Positions 56,401 through 64,000 of a stretch of 64,000 bases of DNA are shown here, piece after piece. Where the stretch lies: positions 1-64,000 of IMG/VR virus record IMGVR_UViG_3300012920_009134. One strand, given 5' to 3'. The notes beneath the pieces were generated by a model that saw only the letters and a list, made by a program, of their open reading frames with translations, was not told where the DNA came from and ran no database searches. The translations under genes were made by a program, and so were the position numbers. The stretch's first letter is position 1. The number at the start of each line of letters is the position of its first letter. Source of the stretch: a virus.

Positions 56401-58973
56401 CTGGAAATGCGACAGACTTTTCACCAGTATGGAGAGATTACAGCGAAGTACTGAACTCAGGATATTCAGAAAATAAGTTTGAAACATTAAACATTATATC
56501 TAAAGTGAAGTCTGCTTTTCGAAGTTCGAAATACGGCATGTCGACCCAAGGCACGGCCGCTCAATACAATTTCGCCAAAGCAGCGTACCAATCTTCCTCG
56601 GAAGTTTTACTGCATGATCAGTGGACAGATACATTTTACCACTTTACTCAACCCAGAACTAATAATAGGGATGTTGCAGGCAGTGTTGTTTATGAGGAGG
56701 GTGACAAATACCAAGAGATGGTGTTGTCCCTGTATGTGAGTGAAGTGTTTTCTCCAACGACCGATATTTCTTATGAAGAGAGTCGCGTTGGAATATTAAA
56801 CCTTGCAAGTAGCGGAATTGCTGCTGCTGATGTATCGTTTCCAAACATAAATATTCCTGGTTTTGGTAACATTGACCTTGATCGCTCCGCAAACAATGAA
56901 AGTGATATTTTTTCAAAACAGGCAGAACTTTATGACCATTTAAAAAATAACCTTAAAGTTGGGTGTCGTTTGATGTTTGGGCATAAGGTAAGAAGACAAG
57001 AGATTAATTTTCAAGGAGAGGGCGTCAATAGGATAGATCCAGAACATATATTCAAAAACTTCAAACTTAGGGATGGCACAACAGGCATGGGTTTGCCTGG
57101 AAAATCTGGATTGTTTTCAACTAAAAAAGCATTCTTGGGACACGCGGACTCAGAACCGCTAATCCTCGGTGTTCAAGGTGAAGGGACTAGTTTAAATTCT
57201 AGATCTGCCTTTTATTCAAATGCAATGCAGGTGGTCGGATCGAGAAATGCGGGACTCTTTTCTACACATCTAAGTCCGGAAGTTGATGAAAAGAATAAGC
57301 GTATTGATGAACTCCTTGGTCAGATATCCAATCTAGAGGAGACTATTGCTTCTTTGAGGGAGAGTTCTGCAAGACCTGCACCCAACACACCCAATATTCC
57401 TGGATTTGGGTTTCCAGGAAACAACTCCGGACAAGGTGTTGATCTTGCTGCTGTTTATGAAAACGACCTTCAATCAAAAAAATCTGAAGTTCAAAGACTG
57501 GAAGATGAAATAAAAGAAATTGTATCTGTAAGAATCGCAACAGATGATGAAATAGATCTAATAACACCAACGATAGATGACGTCTTGGTTTATTCAATAC
57601 CAATGGATGAATACGTTATAGACGTTGATTGTTTTGAAGAACTGTTTGCAGAGTTTGAAGAAAAAGAAAAAACCAAAGTAAGCAAAAGGATCGAACAAAC
57701 AGAGCAGAGGTTGGAAGAACTTCAAGAGCAAAATGAGGAAGCATCAGAAGAGGCGCTAGAACAAGTTGTACTTGATTCTGAAGAAAGGTTGTCAACATTA
57801 AATGAAGAACTATCACACCTCCTATCTCTCCCACAATCCCAGCGAGATAGTTTTAGATCCTTGATATCTCTGAAACGAAAACAAATAGCAGATACTGAAG
57901 CAAGTTTGGCAGCAGTAAGAGTTAACCCACAAGCATTTTATGATCAGCAAACAACCGAAAGAATACAAGAGTTAACCGAGCAAAACAAAACATGGCAAGA
58001 AAGTGTGGAGTTTGAAGGATTTTTTCAGAGAGGGGAAAACCAAACTAGTACGACTGGGAAGGTTATTAGAAGAAATTTTCTAAGAAAGCATCTTTTTGAA
58101 AAGTACAATGACAAAATAGTTAGTGAGTTGTTGTCAATGAACAAGCAAGCAAGTGGAAAATGGGTTATTGACCCAGATGCTGATCCAATGAAACCACACA
58201 AGATGTTGTTTGACTTTTTGTTTCCTCTAGACAGGTATGCCCCATTGCACTTTTTGCAGAATTTGGAAATATTTCAGAATGAAAAGGGCGATGTAAACAT
58301 CTTAAAGGCAACAAAACTGTTTGTAATGCAGCATATGTTACAAATGCACGGCATAGGAAACACAGACCCCAAACCAGAAGATAGCGCCGTTGACGACTCT
58401 CACGCACTACTATCCCAAAACGTGGGAGCGATGGAGTTAACGGCCTCTGAAATCATGAATATGATATGGGAAGCGATCTTAAACGCTGCAAAAGATGCAG
58501 CCTCTGCTGCTGTGAGAGAGATAGTCAGACTAGTAGATCCGGGATATAGAGATATGCGTAGAGGATATCTTAAGGATCCTTGCGCCATGAAAGAGGGTCT
58601 GAAAGATGGACTCGTTGGAAAACAGAGTATTAGGAGATATTCTGGCGGCAAACTTGACGAAGGTTTTGGCAAACGTCAGGGATGCAAGTATTTTATACCA
58701 GTTAATAACTTTCCTGTTGATCTTTTGGAGGGGTCATTCGAGTTGGACTTTAGAAGAGTTAGAGACGCATCTTTGAATTTTGCAGGGTTGTTGCAGAATA
58801 AAAAGAGAAGGTATGGGTTGCCACTTACCCCCATGAGCGGATTAGCGTTTGGAGTTCGGGAAGTCAAGGGTGAAAAACACAGCAAACTAAAGAGAGACAA
58901 CAATTGTGAGGATGATTGTCAGACAAAGCCTATAGTTAAACCAAAGGGCAAGTGTGAGGATACAGATACGTAA
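50433..58973 (+). CDS. Giant 2846-aa virion protein between spike and gp25
   Basis: Uninterrupted ORF; possible degenerate peptidoglycan-binding domain at the N-terminus; C-terminal coiled coils. Confidence 0.6.
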   Translation: MANKEYIYTYTNTFYEVNGEPIKDQYSFNIPKRQGDEGAEVEILKMYLGIDSQPGQSSALFDAELINRIRIWQNDHLEDIAAESGANVRVDPSFGLFDIDLGVAFVLEEQGYLGEFTYKAMIRKGFAVAAKEYLESEYWARTYLEETVGGLMSSDYGFPTQNDAVQQEPRYANKSWIEYRYVTNYAANNVEGEISERLDILSEAARDAVNQVFDFYGKPKTWVVTGVTQKEMEGEFNYIANYQSLLKDQGRIVDKFREGQRFTFTVEDPGSVYEQLNGTKVDMLFGMDLSVNSGGVSDGFCIIKEISPPSLRPTSTYNITFWISRTFFEQIEGGSLTSGGTFDVTDPDVYREAAQIYSEKKRQAKELYKKAGRVVGDLNDPGKMAKQVDKFAKGQSRKATAAARNLGNNLWDQARSGTGGPSDFERQEATKEALEEAAFFGRDIPSSVRIELRDFKQMIDDVSAKLEEYHANIQKFKDENDTSKSQSRFEKSNRPIVPDLAPREEARKLREVYVALEDFMRVNGYRLAASAPDKQDNLVISFEPVRGVVYKPGIQDPSLSPNLDEVTVNPTETGVEEIIGFQISDIQYTVDVAEDSNRPLPSGRTRFNRDNGKRPFVYPSTMGYLAQLNDIAEWIQQNPCDDLEQGNPAVVFFARWHWPEISFNFTTKKSESIINLTEPSVTLTTRNERKGETKVRTVKNLVDLKEAAILTARDEIKEQKALLDENIKAIKESTLFEKKGKIINTADVYPDFGKIPCDIEKMWEEFLNQWDMRLVMCDLQKCIPQLPRFNLKFDWKLPTLPNIPTFDPMHFVLPQLRIAINDIIMSFICKLIQSILDTVRRPDCTELLAFGALVLDDVLAKVNAFRNERRARRKNPEEEQAVIDSVGQANEALNAMGVVGPELNSDTGDLLNAISAVLTPTELCSLFEGQASDNVLGIVLKVVQTSTSTLKEYLTTIDEVEKFFFTIGTVISPEICDAIKELSDIVISQELCTTDRDLRALLEDVGATPEQIRDEMSALDQKRKILNELSKKGDFSGLLPGMTPAQLAEAGLPGPYNNAFANKMVKYGAASIFTNLKTYYSIEAAAFPSKFIDEIFEMVEPGTAGFNPIHYAKYIYYKKLSDELADKLEENENYRPRRMGRLISAKESFIVPFVDFESGVTSSRPASEVYTQEYGVERMYLPFMRVMPVASSTDEGKVELSEFADLVEENVVGYMERYATTKLVVTQTLKNILDSDVSTMVRKFPSFDGALREFHVRLATERTEIEPFDLSGLSKASVGTSVGITDLSFFDSEVKDCYRFSYDIPGTREIITRIYNEKIPEEYVNFRSSGVDVLSSRHRDKLLRPGGFATLLIQKYTELAEGNPGPNTFTDYSDGNETNMLPKILGYIENPDMDAARAAFNAVLDEEEGNSLGELLLALIVGAIAAAGEILETSNGQPLYSSVVDSFNFQLSDITKNSRFFNVDAMLELEDSLSSEYNVDIDRECYVKNSSILDFQAMVERFAEKFNEKISEAKHDPSERDFNKMGPYEEAAIESLFKSYVDFYCLEIMFKNIFLLSEVGAKRIFKSEFVIDYIVDSIATEMQGSLFSRTNITKFNEILKSITKLDDPKESIKTLVVKNLDVEEMASFIDDIYQPKYSSFKERVYNELVDNMKDVPSTEDYPKVTVLTDISALSGPRDASRQAAFLENYGGFQDVPVSARLPNLYDKFKFKGYSEELIEKKINSGHFWVEKFYRIDNFASFRAKYNKIQEYVALNPAYNRLQPLSSLHKEYISPEDLEKMLFGYQSFDKLEEYNQTIENNLERIETEYKYIKTIFLALLSNFYTGSSYKKESLASKIMIDLGMAEMSAETATRKIRTWRQIESGVLHTVETVPYNDNQIETDLAYRNGNVDIEELYKRMKSRFEIGKAVANGQINGDNLISKSWDTIPDDNKHDTEFGTLAKHYDWVNYFDFLVRGATDLSVERKSQMIVDCLTRFVELSHNWVPRRQSSGNATDFSPVWRDYSEVLNSGYSENKFETLNIISKVKSAFRSSKYGMSTQGTAAQYNFAKAAYQSSSEVLLHDQWTDTFYHFTQPRTNNRDVAGSVVYEEGDKYQEMVLSLYVSEVFSPTTDISYEESRVGILNLASSGIAAADVSFPNINIPGFGNIDLDRSANNESDIFSKQAELYDHLKNNLKVGCRLMFGHKVRRQEINFQGEGVNRIDPEHIFKNFKLRDGTTGMGLPGKSGLFSTKKAFLGHADSEPLILGVQGEGTSLNSRSAFYSNAMQVVGSRNAGLFSTHLSPEVDEKNKRIDELLGQISNLEETIASLRESSARPAPNTPNIPGFGFPGNNSGQGVDLAAVYENDLQSKKSEVQRLEDEIKEIVSVRIATDDEIDLITPTIDDVLVYSIPMDEYVIDVDCFEELFAEFEEKEKTKVSKRIEQTEQRLEELQEQNEEASEEALEQVVLDSEERLSTLNEELSHLLSLPQSQRDSFRSLISLKRKQIADTEASLAAVRVNPQAFYDQQTTERIQELTEQNKTWQESVEFEGFFQRGENQTSTTGKVIRRNFLRKHLFEKYNDKIVSELLSMNKQASGKWVIDPDADPMKPHKMLFDFLFPLDRYAPLHFLQNLEIFQNEKGDVNILKATKLFVMQHMLQMHGIGNTDPKPEDSAVDDSHALLSQNVGAMELTASEIMNMIWEAILNAAKDAASAAVREIVRLVDPGYRDMRRGYLKDPCAMKEGLKDGLVGKQSIRRYSGGKLDEGFGKRQGCKYFIPVNNFPVDLLEGSFELDFRRVRDASLNFAGLLQNKKRRYGLPLTPMSGLAFGVREVKGEKHSKLKRDNNCEDDCQTKPIVKPKGKCEDTDT

Positions 58974-59359
58974 TGTATGGGATAGGACCAAAACTACCAA
59001 TCAGATTTACTAAGCAGGGTACACCACTCAATACGCTTACTATCAGAGAGAATACGCAACAAAATTTGAAAAACTTAATCTTAACTTCTCCTGGTGAAAG
59101 AATAATGGATATTGATTTTGGCGTTGGACTTAGAAGATATTTATTTGAAAACAACACCCCTGTTGTACGACAAAAACTAGAAAACAGAATAATCGAACAA
59201 GTTGAGAGGTATATGCCGTTTGTTAACATAAAAGGAATTGATGTTGTATATTCTGATAACAACCCGAATGTAATGGACATAAAATTAAGATATGGAATAA
59301 GTGGTATTGCTTCTGAGGAATTATTGTCTCTATCACTAGATCCAAAAATAACTTCATAA
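58973..59359 (+). CDS. Baseplate wedge/sheath initiator, gp25/GPW family
   Basis: QNLKNLILTSPGERIMDIDFGVGLRRYLFE. Confidence 0.9.
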   Translation: MYGIGPKLPIRFTKQGTPLNTLTIRENTQQNLKNLILTSPGERIMDIDFGVGLRRYLFENNTPVVRQKLENRIIEQVERYMPFVNIKGIDVVYSDNNPNVMDIKLRYGISGIASEELLSLSLDPKITS

Positions 59360-59368
59360 CTATTTAAT
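59359..59368 (+). promoter_or_regulatory. Candidate late promoter ACTATTTAAT
   Basis: Intergenic, upstream of GAGGA RBS of the gp6-like gene. Confidence 0.55.
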
Positions 59369-59385
59369 ATTGAGGAAAATCGCAA

Positions 59386-61173
59386 ATGGCCAAAAAGAAA
59401 ATACCAATATCATATACAGACAGAGATTTTAATTCGATAAAGAATTCACTAGTTGAGCATGCTAGGAGATATTATCCAGACACATATAAAGATTTTAACG
59501 AAGCATCTTTTGGTTCATTGATGTTGGATACGGTCGCTTATGTTGGTGATGTGTTGTCTTTCTATTTAGATTATCAAGCAAACGAAAGTTTTTTAGAAAC
59601 TGCAATCGAAAAAGAAAATATTATTAACCTCTCTAGGAACATGGGTTATCGGTATACTGATGCAGTTACTTCTTTTGGCGAATGTGACTTCTATATTACG
59701 ATACCTGCTCTAAATGGAGCACCAGATCTTCAGTATGCACCAGTGCTTAAGTCTGGTGCAGAAATAACTAGCGAAACCGGCGGGAGATACACCTTAATAG
59801 AAGACATCAATTTTGCAGACCCTAATAATTTGGTTGTTGTTTCTAGTGTTAATGATTCAAACGGAGCGCCCTCTAACTATGCTGTGAAAGCAACAGGGAT
59901 GATCAAGTCAGGATTTGTAGAGGAAAAATTTATAGAAGTTGACGATTACGAAAGATTTAAGAAGATTAGAATAGAAGAAAGCAACATTTCAGAAGTTGAA
60001 AGTGTGGAAGATGCAGAAGGTCATGTCTACTATGAGGTAGATCATTTATCACAAGATGTTATATATGTCAATGTTACAAATAGAAATCCAGATAAATTTA
60101 GAGTAAAGAATATACTAAAACCAATGTCAGTACCGAGAAGGTATGTGGCGAATTACTTTCCGGGTGCAGTTGAGATTCAATTTGGCCAAGGCAGCGATTT
60201 AGAAATACTGTCGAGTTCTTATGTAGATCCTTCCAGTGTGGTTATGAAGCAGTTTGGAAAGCAGTACGTTTCAGATACATATTTGGATCCAACGAATTTC
60301 ACCCAAACCGAGAAGATGGGGATATCCCCCTCTAATACAACTTTGTCTGTTAAACTTAGAAGAAATGAAATAGAGAATGTAAATGCTCCTGCCGGTGCGA
60401 TAACAACTGTTATTCAGGCCGAGTTTGAATTTGAAGACGAAAACAGTTTATCTGCTGCCAGCGTAGAGGGGGTTAGAAACTCGATCGAGTGTGAAAATGA
60501 AAACCCAGTTGTGGGGGATCTATCCTTACCCGAAGAGGAGGAGATAAAGATAAGGGCAATGAACTCGTTCTCCTCGCAAAACAGGGCAGTTACGATGCAG
60601 GATTACGTCGCTATGGCATATGCGATGCCTTCAAGGTTTGGAGCAATAAAAAGAACGAGAGTAGAAGTTGATAAAGATTCATTTAAGAGAAACCTGAATA
60701 TGTACATTATGGCAGAAGATGAGAATGGAAAATTGATACCTGCTAGTATCACACTTAAAAACAACCTCAAAACTTGGGTGACAAACTATAAGATGATGGC
60801 CGACACCTTCGACATACTCGATGCTCGAATATTAAACTTGGGAATTGATTATACAGTGGTAGTTGCTGACAACGTCTCTAGTGTTGAGACTATTGCTTTG
60901 TGCAATGCAGAGTTGGAGGAACTCTACAAGATTCATCCTGAAATAGGGGAGTCTTTAATGATTAACGATATCTACAAAACATTAAACCAGTTAGATCAAG
61001 TGGTTGATGTGACGGATGTTACAATAAGAACAATAACGGGAGGGCAGTATTCTACAGTGCCATACAACATAGATGAAAACTTGAGTTTGGATGGTCGTGT
61101 ATTGATGATGCCTTCTGATTTTGTTTATGAGATTAAATTTCCTATATCGGATATTAGAGGTTCTGCGACATGA
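59386..61173 (+). CDS. Baseplate wedge protein, T4 gp6/baseplate J-like
   Basis: DRDFNSIK…YKDFNEASFG…LSFYLDYQANESFL, IQFG, QNRAVTMQDY. Confidence 0.9.
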   Translation: MAKKKIPISYTDRDFNSIKNSLVEHARRYYPDTYKDFNEASFGSLMLDTVAYVGDVLSFYLDYQANESFLETAIEKENIINLSRNMGYRYTDAVTSFGECDFYITIPALNGAPDLQYAPVLKSGAEITSETGGRYTLIEDINFADPNNLVVVSSVNDSNGAPSNYAVKATGMIKSGFVEEKFIEVDDYERFKKIRIEESNISEVESVEDAEGHVYYEVDHLSQDVIYVNVTNRNPDKFRVKNILKPMSVPRRYVANYFPGAVEIQFGQGSDLEILSSSYVDPSSVVMKQFGKQYVSDTYLDPTNFTQTEKMGISPSNTTLSVKLRRNEIENVNAPAGAITTVIQAEFEFEDENSLSAASVEGVRNSIECENENPVVGDLSLPEEEEIKIRAMNSFSSQNRAVTMQDYVAMAYAMPSRFGAIKRTRVEVDKDSFKRNLNMYIMAEDENGKLIPASITLKNNLKTWVTNYKMMADTFDILDARILNLGIDYTVVVADNVSSVETIALCNAELEELYKIHPEIGESLMINDIYKTLNQLDQVVDVTDVTIRTITGGQYSTVPYNIDENLSLDGRVLMMPSDFVYEIKFPISDIRGSAT

Positions 61174-63452
61174 GTATAAAAAGATTTTTTGCAAATGCAG
61201 ACAATACAATTACGAATGCTTTCGCTTCAAACCTCACAACGAGAGGTACAGGTTCTAATATGGGTGCTTCTGATATTTTAGAAGTATTTTCAATATATGG
61301 ACAAGGGTCTAGTACATCTCTTGAAAAAGCAAGATCATTAGTTCAGTTTGATGTGTCAAAAATCAAAGCAGCGCGAGATGCTGGTACCATCGCACAATCT
61401 GGCAGTGTTAAATTCTTTTTGAGACTTTATAATGCAGAGCACGGACAAACCTTGCCAAAAAACTATTCTTTATCTGTGCTACCAATATCCCAGTCATGGA
61501 GCGAGGGTTCTGGATTAGATATGGAAGAATATTCAGATTTGGACATATCTAACTGGATTTTTGCAAGTGATACAAAGGTGGCAGACGTTACCGATGTCAA
61601 GTTTGTATCAACCACTCCGTCTGACTATGATGGTAAATATTTCATTTTGCAGGTTGTTAATGATGACAAAACAAAAACAAGATTGAACTTTTGGTTTGAT
61701 GACGACGGTGCAGGTTCGGCACCAAATGTAGATGGTACTGAAGTTGAAGTTCAGATAAATCAGGCAAATGCAAACACTGTAAAGAGATTTGCAAGAGAAG
61801 TTAAAGTGGCAGTAGATGCTTTGGCAAGTACAAACCTTTCTGCGTCTATATCAGAAGATGACACAGGGGATGCTACCGGCGCTACAGTTAGATTAACCAA
61901 TACCGTAGTAGGCGGAACCTCTGGATCCTTTATTCCAACTGTTCATAATGATGGAAATGTTTTTACTTTAACAATAGACCAAAGGGGTGGACCAAAGAGA
62001 TGGTCTGCTTCTGGTGGTGACTATCATGAAGTAACTTACGTTCCAACAAAAACACTTCCAAATTATACCTATGCTATTAATGATGGAACTGAAGATATTG
62101 AATTGAATGTAACGGCACTCGTGGAAGAGTGGATACTAGCGGAGTCCACTGTAGACCCAGACAGAGAAAACTACGGCGTCATGATAAAGATGGCGGATCA
62201 GTTTGAGGATGGAAGTCAAAAAAGATCATATTACACAAAAAAGTTTTTTGCAAGAGGTACTGAGTTCTTCTACAAGCGACCTTGCATTGAAGCAAGATTT
62301 GATAATCACATTGGCGATGATAGAGCAAACTTTTACAAGAGTTCTTCTTTAGCGACTGGACCTGAGAACCTAAACAAACTCTATATGTACAACTACACGA
62401 GACGTGGTTTGACTAACATGCCGACCTTAAAGACAAACTCTGATGGCACAGACCAGACAACTGGAGAATCTTTAATCAAAGTCAGATTATACCCAGATCA
62501 GAAGAGTTCGACAAAAGCACTTGTCTTGCCTATTGGCGGCGGCGTAACAGATGGTCGAGCAAAAACAAAGATAACAGTATCAGGCAATCCGGGCAATGGT
62601 GAAACTTTTGTGGTTACTGATTATGAAGGTACCGCTGTGACTTTTACAATCAACACAGCATCTGATAGTGTTGCCGATGGTGTTGTTGGGATACAATCCA
62701 ATACAGGTAACAACACTCAGATAGCAGGAAAAATAAAGTTGTCCATCGAAGCAACGGCGTTGAAAGTGACAGTTACAGATAATAACGACGGAACAGTAGA
62801 CATTGTACAGAACGCTATTGGAACTGATGGTAACAAGGCACTAAGTATGGCGGGTGTCACTAATGTGGCAGCAGAAAACAACGCTTTTACAACGGGACAC
62901 GCTCAGGATTTCGCCGTAGGGTATCTGCACGAAACTGGAATCTACAGTGCATCTCTAGCATTTACAGGTTCTCAAACAAAAGTTTTTGATGTTTGGTCGG
63001 ACTTAAGTGACAATCAACTGTTCACAGGTTCTGCAATATATACCAAGGAACATAAACCATTGCCGTTTAGCAATGCTGATGAAGAGTACGTTGTCTCCAT
63101 TGCAAATTTGAAACCGTACTACAGAACAAAAGATAAACCATGTTTAAGAGTTAATATAAGAAAAAAAGATTATCAACCGAATATTTATACAGTAGCTAGT
63201 AACAAAATACAAAACGAAGTATTGTATAATGTATACTACAGGGCGTATAGAATAGTTGATGAAGAGGAAGTAATATCATATGGATCAGGAAGCATTCCAC
63301 ATACAAAGATGTCATATGACTCTAGTGGAAGTTACTTCAAGGTAGATATGTCACTTTTTGAACCAGGTTATATGTACGCTTTAGAAATATCAACTGACTC
63401 TTACGAACAGAATATTGTTAACAAGAGTGAGTTCAAATTCAGAGTTGAGTAG
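61170..63452 (+). CDS. Baseplate/tail structural protein
   Basis: Follows gp6; beta-rich; RSLVQFD…LRLYN…W.EG…W…GGD…NYG pattern. Confidence 0.6.
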   Translation: MSIKRFFANADNTITNAFASNLTTRGTGSNMGASDILEVFSIYGQGSSTSLEKARSLVQFDVSKIKAARDAGTIAQSGSVKFFLRLYNAEHGQTLPKNYSLSVLPISQSWSEGSGLDMEEYSDLDISNWIFASDTKVADVTDVKFVSTTPSDYDGKYFILQVVNDDKTKTRLNFWFDDDGAGSAPNVDGTEVEVQINQANANTVKRFAREVKVAVDALASTNLSASISEDDTGDATGATVRLTNTVVGGTSGSFIPTVHNDGNVFTLTIDQRGGPKRWSASGGDYHEVTYVPTKTLPNYTYAINDGTEDIELNVTALVEEWILAESTVDPDRENYGVMIKMADQFEDGSQKRSYYTKKFFARGTEFFYKRPCIEARFDNHIGDDRANFYKSSSLATGPENLNKLYMYNYTRRGLTNMPTLKTNSDGTDQTTGESLIKVRLYPDQKSSTKALVLPIGGGVTDGRAKTKITVSGNPGNGETFVVTDYEGTAVTFTINTASDSVADGVVGIQSNTGNNTQIAGKIKLSIEATALKVTVTDNNDGTVDIVQNAIGTDGNKALSMAGVTNVAAENNAFTTGHAQDFAVGYLHETGIYSASLAFTGSQTKVFDVWSDLSDNQLFTGSAIYTKEHKPLPFSNADEEYVVSIANLKPYYRTKDKPCLRVNIRKKDYQPNIYTVASNKIQNEVLYNVYYRAYRIVDEEEVISYGSGSIPHTKMSYDSSGSYFKVDMSLFEPGYMYALEISTDSYEQNIVNKSEFKFRVE

Positions 63453-63454
63453 GT

Positions 63455-64000
63455 ATGAGTCTTAAAAGTTTATTTGGTAAAGATAAAAAAACAACTAATA
63501 TATCGTCTTTAGTTTCTTTTGAAGGCGCACTAGATGATGTCGAGTCCGTTGGGTATATCGAACAGTTCATAAGGGACAGGAAAAGATATAAGACTCACAC
63601 TGATTATTTAACAGCGTCAAACTTTTGTGCATACGGATCACTTGAGGAGTACTACAGGTCGGGTGTAGATCGTATAATCAATACTTATCCATATGACGGA
63701 TCCCTAAAAGAAAAACTTCAGTGGTTTAATGATTCGAGTGGTTTTGATTTGCATTTGTTCGAAAATGAATACCCAAGAACGAACGGATATATTCAATTGG
63801 GGTCAGGAAACTGGGGAGATGTATCTTCAACCTCTGGTTCGTACGGAAATCCACTGACTAAGGAATACATCTTCATAAAGGGTGGCCCGAATGTTGGTAA
63901 TGTATATGCCACTGCATCTCATCAAACTTCAAATCTTGAGATCAATGGTCGCACTGGAAACACTGTAGAGTTCTGGTTAAAGAAAGGTTCTTACGAAACA
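63455..64000 (+). CDS. Large tail/baseplate protein, N-terminus (3' partial; not in ORF track)
   Basis: ATG 63455 (MSLKSLFGKD…YPYDGS…EYPRTNGY), appears open to the window end. Confidence 0.7.
   Translation, partial: MSLKSLFGKDKKTTNISSLVSFEGALDDVESVGYIEQFIRDRKRYKTHTDYLTASNFCAYGSLEEYYRSGVDRIINTYPYDGSLKEKLQWFNDSSGFDLHLFENEYPRTNGYIQLGSGNWGDVSSTSGSYGNPLTKEYIFIKGGPNVGNVYATASHQTSNLEINGRTGNTVEFWLKKGSYET

Noticed and set aside
1-64000. Stop-codon reassignment
   Set aside because: TAA, TAG and TGA all end genes at sensible positions, and coding density is high with ORFs up to 2846 aa in code 11

Overview
An AT-rich, densely coded 64 kb fragment of a large contractile-tailed phage (myovirus-type Caudoviricetes). 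It uses the standard genetic code and is almost entirely + strand. From left to right: (i) auxiliary genes (permease end, thioredoxin lipoprotein, cysteine synthase, YkuK-like RNase H fold, PurA) interleaved with a block of proteins carrying short helical leaders ending in hydrophobic-x-Glu, resembling protease-processed internal head proteins (0.9-14 kb); (ii) LamG-containing fibre proteins (14.8-21.7 kb); (iii) an AT-hook protein, trypsin-like lipoprotein, PIN-PhoH, Zn-peptidase and Cas4-like nuclease; (iv) an ~19 kb glycan island with about 8 glycosyltransferases, an AraD/RpiB/transaldolase/cupin/kinase/HAD/nucleotidyltransferase set, NeuA/NeuB, a sulfotransferase, an epimerase, a UDP-sugar dehydrogenase and APS kinase; (v) a gp55-like late sigma factor and a baseplate module (M15 peptidase, spike, 2846-aa protein, gp25, gp6). 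The most notable observations are a GmhA-less pathway that could make an unusual NDP-octose or heptose, a possible minimal PAPS/sulfation module, an unannotated 24-aa 11-Cys micropeptide behind cysteine synthase, a leader/cleavage-site cargo system, a candidate ACTATTTA late promoter, and strong RGCY avoidance. All family calls come from motif recognition by eye; no database searches were run.
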